The notes under the pieces: model-generated
Seen by the model: the letters and a program-made list of their open reading frames with translations, nothing else
Databases searched by the model: none
Told to the model about the DNA's origin: nothing
Position numbers and translations under genes: made by a program
Part shown: piece after piece, positions 30,074 through 38,865 of the stretch
How positions within the stretch are numbered: position 1 is the stretch's first letter
How the letters are laid out: each line of letters opens with the position of its first letter
Origin: Candidatus Hydrogenedentota bacterium
GTDB lineage: Bacteria; Hydrogenedentota; Hydrogenedentia; Hydrogenedentales; CAITNO01
NCBI GenBank assembly: GCA_033813475.1
Contig: JAPXRP010000002.1
Coordinates: 1-55,915, forward strand
Direction: 5' to 3'
Length of the DNA stretch: 55,915 bases

Positions 30074-31145
30074 CGCGCTGTCGCACAATGTGTCCCGCGT
30101 GAACCGCCTGATGGCTGACCACGGGGCGCGGTGGACGGCGGTGACCAAGGTGCTCTGTGGAAACGGGGAAGTGCTGCGGGCGCTGTCAGAAATGGGGATC
30201 CGTTCGGTGGGGGAGTCGCGCTTTGCCAACCTCCGGGCGGTGCGCAAGGCGTTTCCGGACCCCGAGACGTGGTACCTGCGCATCCCCAGCCTGTCCATGT
30301 GCGAGAACGCGGTGACGCTGTCCGACGTGAGCCTGAACAGCGAACTGGAGACGATCCGGCGCCTGAACGAGGCGGCCGGGCGCCACGGGCTGCGGCACCG
30401 GGTCATCATCATGATCGAGCTGGGGGACCTGCGGGAGGGCATCCTGCCCGGCGGGCTGGTCGCCTTTTACCAGTCGGTCTTTCAGCTGCCGAACATCGAG
30501 GTGCTGGGCATCGGCACGAATCTCGGCTGCCTGGCCGGGGTGCCGCCCAACACGGACCAGTTGATGCAGCTGGTGCTGTACCGGGAGCTGCTGGAGCTCA
30601 AGTTCAAGACGCCCCTTCCGCTCATTTCCGCGGGGTCCAGCGCCGTGCTGCCGCTGCTGCTGGACGGGCAGGTGCCCCGGGCGGTAAACCATTTCCGCGT
30701 CGGCGAGGCGCTCTTCCTGGGCAGCGACCTGCTGCACGGCGGCACGCTGCCGGGCTTCCGGGATGATGTGATCCTGCTGGAGGCGGAGATTGTGGAGCTG
30801 AAGGAGAAGGGACTGGCGGCGCAGGGCGAGGCCGGCGTGACTTCGCCGTTTCCGGGGCTGGCGGACGCGGACGCGGCGCCCGGCCAGCGGGGCTTTCGCG
30901 CGCTGGTGGACATGGGGCAGCTGGACACGGACATCGCCGGGCTCGCGCCGACGCGCGGGGACTGCCAGATCGTGGGCGCCAGCAGCGACATCTCCGTGGT
31001 GAACGTCGGCGAGAACGCCGAGGGGCTGCGGGTGGGGGACAAGCTCACCTTCAAGATGAACTACGCGGCGCTCCTGCGCCTGATGAGCAGCCGCTACGTC
31101 CCCAAGGAGGTCGGCGGCGGCGCGGCGAGCCCCGTCCTGGCCTGA
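30048..31145 (+). CDS. Alanine/ornithine-racemase-family PLP-dependent enzyme
   Basis: The PLP-lysine context AVTKVLCGNGEVL and the overall fold-type III pattern (IMIELGDLREG, GIGTNLGC, SAGSS) are present. Start at ATG 30048 with a GAGGTG SD. Overlaps the upstream gene by 26 nt. Confidence 0.75.
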   Translation: MSRVIISLDALSHNVSRVNRLMADHGARWTAVTKVLCGNGEVLRALSEMGIRSVGESRFANLRAVRKAFPDPETWYLRIPSLSMCENAVTLSDVSLNSELETIRRLNEAAGRHGLRHRVIIMIELGDLREGILPGGLVAFYQSVFQLPNIEVLGIGTNLGCLAGVPPNTDQLMQLVLYRELLELKFKTPLPLISAGSSAVLPLLLDGQVPRAVNHFRVGEALFLGSDLLHGGTLPGFRDDVILLEAEIVELKEKGLAAQGEAGVTSPFPGLADADAAPGQRGFRALVDMGQLDTDIAGLAPTRGDCQIVGASSDISVVNVGENAEGLRVGDKLTFKMNYAALLRLMSSRYVPKEVGGGAASPVLA

Positions 31146-31151
31146 CCCCCG

Positions 31152-32396
31152 CTACCCGCAGACTGGCACAGCGGCCATGACCCGGTTGGTGACCGTGTTG
31201 CGGAGGCGCATCGTGTTGGCGGGCTCGCCGGGGGAGCCGGTGGTGATGAAGACGAGGGCGGTGTCGCGCCCGGGGTCGGCCACGCCGATGACGGTGTCTA
31301 TGCCCGCGTGGCCGAAGGTGCGCGGCGAGGCGATGTTGCCGAAGCCGAACCAGCCCTCCGTGGTGGCGCCGCGCAGGAGCCAGCCGAGGCCCCAGTACTC
31401 GTGTTTCGGCGTCTTGCCGTCGCGCAGGGCGGCGTCTATCTCCGCCTGATACTGCACGCGGTGCATCTCGGCGAGGGCGGCGGGCTGGATGAGCTGCTTC
31501 CCGTTCCACACGCCGCCCGCAAGGTGGAGGTTGAGCAGTCTGAGCATGCCGGAGGGCCGGGCCACCGCGCCGCCCGACGGGTGGCCGAGGAAGGGCATGT
31601 GCTTCGTGTCCACGGGCCACGGGTGGGTCTTGGGCGGCGGCACGACGGCCAGGGGCGCGTCGGCGCGCGGCGGGGCGAAGGTGAGGTCCGCGCCCAGCGG
31701 CTCAAAGAGGCGCTCGCGGCAGAGGTCGTTCCACGGGCGGTTGCCGGACACGCGGCGCACGATGTCGGCGGCGATGAGCATGCCGCTGACGCCGTGGTAG
31801 CCCGTGCGCGAGCCGGGTTCCCATTCCGTGTCCATCGCGCAGAGGGCGGCCATGGCGGCCTTCCACTCGTCCTCGCCGAGGACCGGCGCCACGGGCGCGG
31901 CGGTCAGGCCCGCCGAGTGCGTGAGGACGTGGCGCACCGTGACGGCCTCCTTGCCGCCGCCGGTGAACTCGGGGATGTACTTCATCACCGGGGCGTCGTA
32001 GTCCACCAGCCCGTCCTGGTGCGCCATGACGACAACGGTCGCCGTGACGGCCTTGGAGAACGAGTAGACGAAGTTCTGGGTGTTCCCGTCATAGGGGACG
32101 CCGTCGCGGTCCACCCCCGAGCACACGCCCCAGTATTTCTCCAGGAAGATCCGCCCCCCGCGCGTGGCCACCAGCGCCGCGCCGGGCACGGTCTTCGCGG
32201 CGACCGTTTCGGAAACGAAGTCCACCGCCTGCTGGAGCAGCGCGGGGTCCACCCCGACGGCCTCCGGCGCGACCGTGGCCAGGGCCTCGCGCGGCGGCAG
32301 GGCGTCCTGCGCGCAGGCGCGGCCCGCCACCGCCAGCCCCGCGGCGGCGGCGCACTTCAGGAACTCCCGGCGGCTGGGACGGAGGATGGGGTGCAT
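31152..32396 (-). CDS. Serine hydrolase (class C beta-lactamase / DD-peptidase / D-aminopeptidase family), Tat-exported
   Basis: Twin-arginine signal SRREFLKCAAAAGLAVAG. SxxK motif YSFSKAV. Later a YHG-type motif and HAGID. Start at ATG 32396. Confidence 0.8.
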   Translation of the reverse strand: MHPILRPSRREFLKCAAAAGLAVAGRACAQDALPPREALATVAPEAVGVDPALLQQAVDFVSETVAAKTVPGAALVATRGGRIFLEKYWGVCSGVDRDGVPYDGNTQNFVYSFSKAVTATVVVMAHQDGLVDYDAPVMKYIPEFTGGGKEAVTVRHVLTHSAGLTAAPVAPVLGEDEWKAAMAALCAMDTEWEPGSRTGYHGVSGMLIAADIVRRVSGNRPWNDLCRERLFEPLGADLTFAPPRADAPLAVVPPPKTHPWPVDTKHMPFLGHPSGGAVARPSGMLRLLNLHLAGGVWNGKQLIQPAALAEMHRVQYQAEIDAALRDGKTPKHEYWGLGWLLRGATTEGWFGFGNIASPRTFGHAGIDTVIGVADPGRDTALVFITTGSPGEPANTMRLRNTVTNRVMAAVPVCG

Positions 32397-32550
32397 GGCG
32401 CGGACTCCTGTGGGGTAACGGGGAGACGATAGCAGTCCCGCGCGCGGGAGGGCAAGGGGGCGGGGCCGGCGGCACACCGGCCGCCCTTCAGAAGCAACCC
32501 CCGATGAACACCGACAAAGCCGGGAGAAGGCTCGGGCGCACGCGCAGGCA

Positions 32551-32649
32551 GCGCCGCAATTCGCCCTCGGGCGCCTCCTGATGCGCCGCTTCCAGAAACC
32601 CGCGCCCCAGCTCCGAATGGACCGCCACCGCCGCGCCACTCACGGCATA
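32551..32649 (-). pseudogene. GxxExxY-family gene fragment (N-terminal part only, motif Tyr->His)
   Basis: YAVSGAAVAVHSELGRGFLEAAHQEAPEGELRR aligns to the family start (..IIGAAIEVH.ELGPGFLE.VYQEAL..EL). It breaks off into the dispersed repeat that reads ...LSVFIGGCF. Confidence 0.5.
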
Positions 32650-32704
32650 CGTCCCCGGATCCCTCTGGCCTTTCCCATCTGCGCCCATCTGCGCAATCTG
32701 CGGA

Positions 32705-35113
32705 TCACTCCTCCTCCAGGCCCTCCGCCAGCGCCAGGTTCACGGTCCATCCGGCGGGGGCGTTGACGGTGTGCCGGACCTTTTTTCCGTCGCGGAGCCA
32801 GGTGAGCTGGACGATGTCGGCGCCGACGGGCACGGTGCCCGCGCAGCGCTCCAGGGGCACGTCGGGAATGAGGATGTCCACCGTCCTGTTCACGGCGTCC
32901 ACACGGCGCAGGCCGAGGATGTCGCGGTAGAAGGTGACGGCCGCGTGGGACGCGAAGCCGTGGTTGAGGCTGGCGTTGTCCTGGGCGTTCTCCCAGAGGG
33001 TCCCCGTGCGGTCGGCCATGTACTTGAGGTAGCCGACGGACTCGTCCAGAATCTGCCGCGGACGCCCGGCGCGGGACAGCAGCTCCATGCGGAGCATGTT
33101 GCCGATGAAGGAGTTGGCCGGGGGCACGGTCGGGTGCCCGCCCTGTTTCACGCGGTCGGGGCCGAATTCGTCCAGCAGCGCGCGCCACAGCTCGGCGTCG
33201 CGCTCCGGCGTGGCCACGCCGAAGTAGAAGGCGAAGTACTGGCAGACCTCCGTCGTGTTGTCCGTCACCGTGAGCGCGCCGTCCTTCCGGAGGGCGTTGT
33301 CGGAGTAGAACAGTCCGCCCTTGCAGGACTGCTTCCGGATGGTCTCCCGGAGGGCGGCGGCCTTGTCGCGCAGGTCGTCGCGGCCGTAGAGCCGCGCCGC
33401 CGTGTCCAGCATCCCCGCGTAGAGCATGTTGCTCGGGTAGTTGACGTCCTGCACAAAGTTGTTCGCCGCGGACCATTCGACAAAGACCCAGCTCTCCAGC
33501 TTCTCCAGCAGGCCGTCCCTGTTCTCGAAGGGCTTGAAGTAATCCAGCAGCGCCATCACGCGCGGCTGGAGGGCGTCCACCAGCGCGCGGTCGCCGCTGC
33601 GCTCCAGATACTCGCCGAGTTCGACGACGAACCACATGGCCCAGTTGGGGATGAAGACCCCGTCGTTGTGGTCGGCGGGGTAGCACATGGGCAGCATGCC
33701 CTGGGGCAGGTGCGGAAAGGCGTCGGCGAGCAGGTAGTTCTCCAGGAAGACCCGCTCCACCCGCGTGTCGCCGCTGAGCATCAGGGCCGTCCGCGCGGTG
33801 AAGAAAGAGTCGCACAGCCACCCGGCGCGCTCGCGGTGGGGGCAGTCCATGAACACGTCCACAGCGTTCTGGGCGAAGGTGGTGCGGGCCGCCTCGAACA
33901 GCTCGTTGAGCCGCGGGTCGGAGGCCTGGAAAGAGGCGCGGGCCGTGTCGTCGTTCTGGTAGAGCCGCAGGCCGTAGTCGCCGATCTCCATGCCGCCGTC
34001 GGGGGAGTAGAACTTCATGTAGCGCATGGTGTGCGCCTCGAAGCCCTCCAGCGCGTGGTCGCCGGGCCGCAGGTCAAAGGTCAGGGCGTTCACGCAGCCC
34101 AGCCGCTTCCAGTCCACGTCACCGTTGGTCAGGGCCTCGTCGAACAGCACATAGAGCCGCCCCGGCCGGGCGCAGCGCACCTTCATGCGGGGGAACCCGC
34201 TCAGGTTGATCCCCAGGTCGGCGATGGCGAAATTCCCCGCGTCCAGCCGGATCACGGCGCCCGCCGCGTCCCTGGGCTCGATCTTCGTTGTCTTCAGGCG
34301 CTGGAGGTCCATCGAGGGGACGGTTTCCAGTTCGCTCTCCGGGTACCCCTTGAGTTCCGGGCCAATGTTCACCAGGCTCCGGTCCTTCCAGAACTGCTTC
34401 GGCTCGTGCGGCCCCATGACGCCCCACGCGCAGACCTTTTCCGCCGGGTGGACGGCGAACTGGGGATAGGGGACGCCCCGGGGCAGCAGGGGCCTCGGGG
34501 CCAGGGCGGCGCATTTCACCGGAGCGAAAGCCGCGTCCGGGTCGGCGCGCCAGGCGAAGGTTTCGGGGGCGAGGCGCCACACCTCGATCTGGGGCCGCTG
34601 GAAGCTGTACCGCTGGACCTTCTGCGCGCGCTCCGGGATGACCGTGCCCGGGAATCCGCCCGCGCCGTCGGCGCCGGTCCACGCGAGGGCCTTCCCCCCG
34701 GCCACCACCTCGGCCTGGAGGAAAGACGGCTGGTCGAGGACATAATAGCTGTTGGTGTTGTATCCGGCGACCTCCACGGCCACCACATTGCGGCCCGCGC
34801 GCACGCGGCCCGCCAGGGGCCACGCGTCCACGCGGTACTGGCCGCGCCCCGCCCGCGCGGGGCCGTAGCCCAGGAATTCGCCGTTGACGAAGCAGCGGTA
34901 GAGCGTGCTGCCCGTGGCGCGCAGGGAGAGGTCCGCCGCCTGCGCCTGTTCGGCGGACAGGTCCAGCACCGCCCGGAATCCCATCTGCACGTTGATCTCC
35001 GTTTCGCGGCCCTCGGCCCACACGGGTGCGGCGGACACGAAGGCGGCGGGCTCCGCCGGTGCGGAGAGGGAAAGGCCCCCCAGCAGGACAACGAGAAGGG
35101 CGGACGGGGTCAT
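32705..35113 (-). CDS. GH78-like alpha-L-rhamnosidase family protein, secreted
   Basis: Signal peptide MTPSALLVVLLGGLSLSAPA. Six-hairpin catalytic-domain motif MDCPHRERAGWLCD. Size (802 aa) and multi-domain layout fit bacterial rhamnosidases. Start at ATG 35113. Confidence 0.75.
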   Translation of the reverse strand: MTPSALLVVLLGGLSLSAPAEPAAFVSAAPVWAEGRETEINVQMGFRAVLDLSAEQAQAADLSLRATGSTLYRCFVNGEFLGYGPARAGRGQYRVDAWPLAGRVRAGRNVVAVEVAGYNTNSYYVLDQPSFLQAEVVAGGKALAWTGADGAGGFPGTVIPERAQKVQRYSFQRPQIEVWRLAPETFAWRADPDAAFAPVKCAALAPRPLLPRGVPYPQFAVHPAEKVCAWGVMGPHEPKQFWKDRSLVNIGPELKGYPESELETVPSMDLQRLKTTKIEPRDAAGAVIRLDAGNFAIADLGINLSGFPRMKVRCARPGRLYVLFDEALTNGDVDWKRLGCVNALTFDLRPGDHALEGFEAHTMRYMKFYSPDGGMEIGDYGLRLYQNDDTARASFQASDPRLNELFEAARTTFAQNAVDVFMDCPHRERAGWLCDSFFTARTALMLSGDTRVERVFLENYLLADAFPHLPQGMLPMCYPADHNDGVFIPNWAMWFVVELGEYLERSGDRALVDALQPRVMALLDYFKPFENRDGLLEKLESWVFVEWSAANNFVQDVNYPSNMLYAGMLDTAARLYGRDDLRDKAAALRETIRKQSCKGGLFYSDNALRKDGALTVTDNTTEVCQYFAFYFGVATPERDAELWRALLDEFGPDRVKQGGHPTVPPANSFIGNMLRMELLSRAGRPRQILDESVGYLKYMADRTGTLWENAQDNASLNHGFASHAAVTFYRDILGLRRVDAVNRTVDILIPDVPLERCAGTVPVGADIVQLTWLRDGKKVRHTVNAPAGWTVNLALAEGLEEE

Positions 35114-35544
35114 GGGGATTCCTCCTGTGCGGAACGCGGGTTCCGGGATACGGGTGCCGGTCGGGCCGTGCGGGATGGGCGCGGCTTCGGCGCAGTATAC
35201 CCGAAACCCGAAATGCGGGGGAACCGCGAAAGGCGGAAAACCTGCGCGCGCATGCGGCCCCAGGGGGGGGCTCCGTTTATTCTTGACCGGCGGGCCGTGT
35301 TTCGCCCCCCAGAAACCGGATTGAACCCGTTTATTTTCAAGCGGTTGCGCGGGAACAAAAAAAGTTCGGTAAAACGCTTGATTTCCGGGTCCAATTACTT
35401 TATGATTCGCGCTCCCAAACCGGAGGTGTGTCCAAAGGAGCGGGTGGGTAACCCCCCGCCGTGTGGGGATATCCGTCGTCTGCGGCTCAGGCGACGTACC
35501 TGCGCGGTTAGTCTGCGGCAACAAATCATAGGAGGGTTTATGAG

Positions 35545-35946
35545 TTGCAGAAGGGTAAACATCTACTGATCGACTGTCGTAATGTGGCCCGCGCCGTTTG
35601 TCTCGATGACAAAGGCATGCTGGACGCGATGGCGCGTGCGGCGGAGCGGGCCGGGGCCACCGTGGTCTCCCAGATCCGGTACAAATTCGGCCAAGACTCC
35701 CCCCCTGGTTTCACCGCCGTCGTCATGCTCGACGAGAGCCATGTCTCCGCGCACACCTACGCGGACCTCGGGCTGATCGCGCTGGACGTCTTCACCTGCG
35801 GCTCCACGGAGCCCAGGAACGTTCTGCGCTACATCCGCGAGGAGCTCAATCTCGGCGATGTCACCATCAAGGAGTGCGGCCGGTTTCTGACGCACGAGGC
35901 GGAAACCGCCCCGGCGTACGAGCCCGAAGCCGTCCTGGTTTCGTGA
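35545..35946 (+). CDS. speH: S-adenosylmethionine decarboxylase proenzyme (small bacterial class 1 type)
   Basis: GKHLLIDC..., self-processing site context VVMLDESHVSAHTYAD, then ALDVFTCG. The only in-frame start is TTG 35545, 8 nt after a GGAGGG SD. Confidence 0.85.
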   Translation: MQKGKHLLIDCRNVARAVCLDDKGMLDAMARAAERAGATVVSQIRYKFGQDSPPGFTAVVMLDESHVSAHTYADLGLIALDVFTCGSTEPRNVLRYIREELNLGDVTIKECGRFLTHEAETAPAYEPEAVLVS

Positions 35947-35974
35947 GCCGCCGCCCCCTTCGGAGCCTCCCTTA

Positions 35975-37066
35975 ATGTCCACCCGCAGCCTCCATGACGG
36001 GCGCGAAGACGGCCTTATGCCGTTGGAGAGCCTCGATTTGGCCCGTGTGAATTCCTTCGCCGGGCTGGTGCGCGCCATGGCCAAGACGGCCTTTGGCGGG
36101 CGCCAGCTCGGCGACGCCCTTGACGTGTTTCTCGCCATGGCCCGCGACCCCGGGTGCCGCGTCGTGCTCACCCTGTCCGGCGCCATGACCGTGGCCAAGC
36201 AGGGCCGCATCATCTGCGAGCTCATTGACCGGGGCCTTGTGCACGCCGTCGTGGCCACGGGCGCCCTCATGGCCCACGGCCTCACGGAGTCCATCGGCCT
36301 CACCCACTACGCCATCAACCCGGACGCCGACGACGCGGAGCTCTTCGAGAAGGGGTACAACCGCATCTACGACACCCTGGAGATGGAGTCGAACCTCAAC
36401 GACGTGTGCGAGCTCGTCGCCGGGGTGCTCGCCACCTACCAGCCCGAGGACGGCGTGTGGTCCTCCGGCCGTTTCTGCCGGGCCGTCGGCGAGGAGCTGG
36501 ACCGGCTCGACCAGGGCCCCGGCATCCTCCGCAGCGCGTACCGCGCCGGGGTGCCCGTGTTCATCCCCGCCTTCACGGACAGCGAGATGGGGCTGGACTT
36601 CTCCACCTGGGCCATGTCCGCCGCCCTGCGGGCGAAGGGGCTGCTGGACTCCGGCAAGGCCCTCGACCCCGACGAGGTCTTCGCGGCCATCCCGCCGTAC
36701 AACCCCTTCCTGGACCTCCAGGAATACGCCCGGTTCATCGGGAAGACCGAAACCCTGGGCATCTTCACCGTCGGCGGCGGCGTCCCCCGCAACTGGGCCC
36801 AGCAGGTGGCCCCCTACTACGACATCACCGCCGACCGCCTCGGCATTGAGCTGCCCGAGCCGCGCTTCAAGTACGGCCTGCGCATCTGCCCCGAGCCCGT
36901 GCAGTGGGGCGGCCTCTCCGGCTGCACCTACAGCGAGGGCGTGAGCTGGGGCAAGTTCATCGCCCCCGCCCAGGGCGGCCGCCACGCCGAGGTTCTCAGC
37001 GACGCCACCGTCGTCTGGCCCCTCCTCATGAAGGCCGCCTTCGAGATTCTCGACGGGGAGAAGTGA
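35975..37066 (+). CDS. Deoxyhypusine synthase-like protein (possible homospermidine-synthase-type enzyme)
   Basis: DHS-family pattern: VVLTLSGAMTVAKQGRIICELIDRGLVHAVVATGALMAHGL, IPAFTDSEMG, GGGVPRNW and SWGKF. Confidence 0.85.
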   Translation: MSTRSLHDGREDGLMPLESLDLARVNSFAGLVRAMAKTAFGGRQLGDALDVFLAMARDPGCRVVLTLSGAMTVAKQGRIICELIDRGLVHAVVATGALMAHGLTESIGLTHYAINPDADDAELFEKGYNRIYDTLEMESNLNDVCELVAGVLATYQPEDGVWSSGRFCRAVGEELDRLDQGPGILRSAYRAGVPVFIPAFTDSEMGLDFSTWAMSAALRAKGLLDSGKALDPDEVFAAIPPYNPFLDLQEYARFIGKTETLGIFTVGGGVPRNWAQQVAPYYDITADRLGIELPEPRFKYGLRICPEPVQWGGLSGCTYSEGVSWGKFIAPAQGGRHAEVLSDATVVWPLLMKAAFEILDGEK

Positions 37067-37126
37067 TCCCCACGCGGATCGGCCACACCGACGCGCGCAA
37101 TTCCATGGTTTTTTTCGAAAAGGCGG

Positions 37127-37573
37127 GTGTGGTATCCTCTGGGAATGAAGCCAATCGGGCGGAGTGAGCTTGACATGCGCACACCAGGAAGACGTCGTCC
37201 GGAGCCTCGTGTTCTCTGCAGGGAAATCCCTTCTGGTGTGGACTTGGAGTCTCTCGCCGAGACGGCGACCTATGTCGGCAGTCCTGAGCACAAGACATAC
37301 CCTTCGGAATCAGGGCCTCCATGTTTGCGGCGCGACGCGTCCCGGTGCGCCCCATCCCTTAAAGAAAGAGTCGAGGAAATCCAGGAAACGTTGCGGGAGT
37401 CCATAAAGGATGGCAGGGTGGGTGCACCTTGGTCGAACCGTTTTCCCCAGTATGTGTGGGGATACATTGACGGGGTGTGCTATGAGGCGCGCAGCGTGAA
37501 CTCAGCCAGTGGAACCTACAAAGCATACCCACTTCAGGAAGAGGAAATCCCGAAGGGGGTAAGACAGCCATGA
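37127..37573 (+). CDS. Small hypothetical protein (cassette gene 1)
   Basis: Low-GC ORF. Candidate starts are GTG 37127, ATG 37145 and ATG 37175. Its stop overlaps the next gene's ATG (ATGA). Motifs YVGSPEHKTYP, FPQYVWGYIDGVCYEA and GTYKAYPL. I recognise no HTH, TM helix or signal peptide. Confidence 0.5.
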   Translation: MWYPLGMKPIGRSELDMRTPGRRRPEPRVLCREIPSGVDLESLAETATYVGSPEHKTYPSESGPPCLRRDASRCAPSLKERVEEIQETLRESIKDGRVGAPWSNRFPQYVWGYIDGVCYEARSVNSASGTYKAYPLQEEEIPKGVRQP

Positions 37574-38865
37574 TGCTCTTGGAATATGATTGGGAGCCGG
37601 CCGAAGGGGTCAAGACGCCGGAGTTGCGGGCGACATGGGCGCGCTTGAAGATGGTTGTGGACGGCCACGTTGTGACCCAAGTGTCCGACGCCAGCTCCCG
37701 TTCGGTGCGTCCCATTCTCTATCTTCCGCTTTACCCCCTGGCAGAATGGATTGTCTCGCATTGGTTCGCGCTGTTCTGCGAGAGCGAGGTTCCCGGAAAG
37801 GCCGATCCCCGCGATTTCCGTCGCCGTCACGCTCTTCGGTTTGCGTCAGAGGGCTTCGCCCTTCCTGATCTGGAGATTGTCCCCGAAGGACGAAGCATAC
37901 GCATGGCATGGGAGCCCCTCAGTCTGCCCTCCATGGGGCTTGAGTTCCAGACATCAGGGGAGGCCCGGGTTGGCCGCGATGAGTTGAAGAGCGTATTGTG
38001 CCAGTTTTTGGACACGGTGGTTTGTCGCCTGGAAGCAGATGACGGTGCGCCGAGGACGTTTCTTCAGAGTGAATGGGAGGCGATAAAGGCGCTGGACAGC
38101 GAGGAAGTGGAGTTTTGTGAGGCGGCGGCAAGCCTTGGACTGGACCCATTCTCTCTGGACAAAAGGAGGGAGGAGGAACTTCTCGAAGTGGGGAACAGCG
38201 TTCCAGGGGAACTCCGGGAAGACTTCTTCTCCGCGGCACTTCCCGACAACCTTCGGGCCCACCTCGAGTGGGTTTCCGAGGCGCTGAACAAGGCGGTCCG
38301 GCAGTCCGGCGCGGCAGACGCTCTTCCGGGACTTAGAAGACACGCACAATCGTCCTTTTCTGCCGGATATTCTTCCGCCCCCTGGAATTACGGGTATGAA
38401 TGCGCCCGCAGCCTGCGGAAGTATCTGGGCATCGCCGGGGAATTAATGACGCCCCATGATTTTGAGGAAAAACTGGGCTACGCGTCTGCCGACTGGATTG
38501 TCAACGATGTTGTCAATCTTGACGCCCTGGCTGTGCGCGACTCGGCCTCACAGGCGGCCTCGTTCATCCTTTCAGGACGGTCGGAAACCTCCCGTCGCTT
38601 CGCCTTTGCCCGCGCCCTTTTTGAGTATCTGGAAGGTGACGCGTCCCGTGCGCTGGTCACTCGGGCGGTCACCAACCGTCAGCGGCAGAACCGGGCGTTT
38701 GCCGCTGAGCTTCTGGCACCCGCCGAGTCACTTTCCGGGAGGATGCGGCATGGAACGGTTTCCCATGAACAGATTGACGATCTTGCCGAGGAGTACAAGG
38801 TGTCGCCCTTTGTGATCCGGCATCAAATCGAAAACCACCGCCTTGCCAGGGTTATGCCTGTCTAG
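37570..38865 (+). CDS. Hypothetical protein with C-terminal ImmA/IrrE (COG2856, peptidase M78)-like domain lacking HExxH (cassette gene 2)
   Basis: RRFAFARALFEYL occupies the position of ..F..aHElgHll. NRAFAAELLAPAESL and YKVSPFVIRHQIENHRL match the M78 C-terminal pattern. The N-terminal ~300 aa are unassigned. Confidence 0.6.
   Translation: MMLLEYDWEPAEGVKTPELRATWARLKMVVDGHVVTQVSDASSRSVRPILYLPLYPLAEWIVSHWFALFCESEVPGKADPRDFRRRHALRFASEGFALPDLEIVPEGRSIRMAWEPLSLPSMGLEFQTSGEARVGRDELKSVLCQFLDTVVCRLEADDGAPRTFLQSEWEAIKALDSEEVEFCEAAASLGLDPFSLDKRREEELLEVGNSVPGELREDFFSAALPDNLRAHLEWVSEALNKAVRQSGAADALPGLRRHAQSSFSAGYSSAPWNYGYECARSLRKYLGIAGELMTPHDFEEKLGYASADWIVNDVVNLDALAVRDSASQAASFILSGRSETSRRFAFARALFEYLEGDASRALVTRAVTNRQRQNRAFAAELLAPAESLSGRMRHGTVSHEQIDDLAEEYKVSPFVIRHQIENHRLARVMPV

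Noticed and set aside
32771-35569. 932-aa + strand ORF antisense to the GH78-like gene.
   Set aside because: Same reasoning as above. The - strand frame carries the signal peptide and the rhamnosidase motif, and the + frame has no motifs.
35540-35569. 9-codon ORF (MSCRRVNIY) starting at an ATG right after the speH SD and overlapping the speH TTG start. It recalls the regulatory uORF of eukaryotic AdoMetDC mRNAs.
   Set aside because: The ATG is only 3 nt from the end of the GGAGGG SD, which is too close. The TTG at 35545 has near-ideal 8-nt spacing. I have no evidence for translation of the mini-ORF, so I treat it as coincidence.
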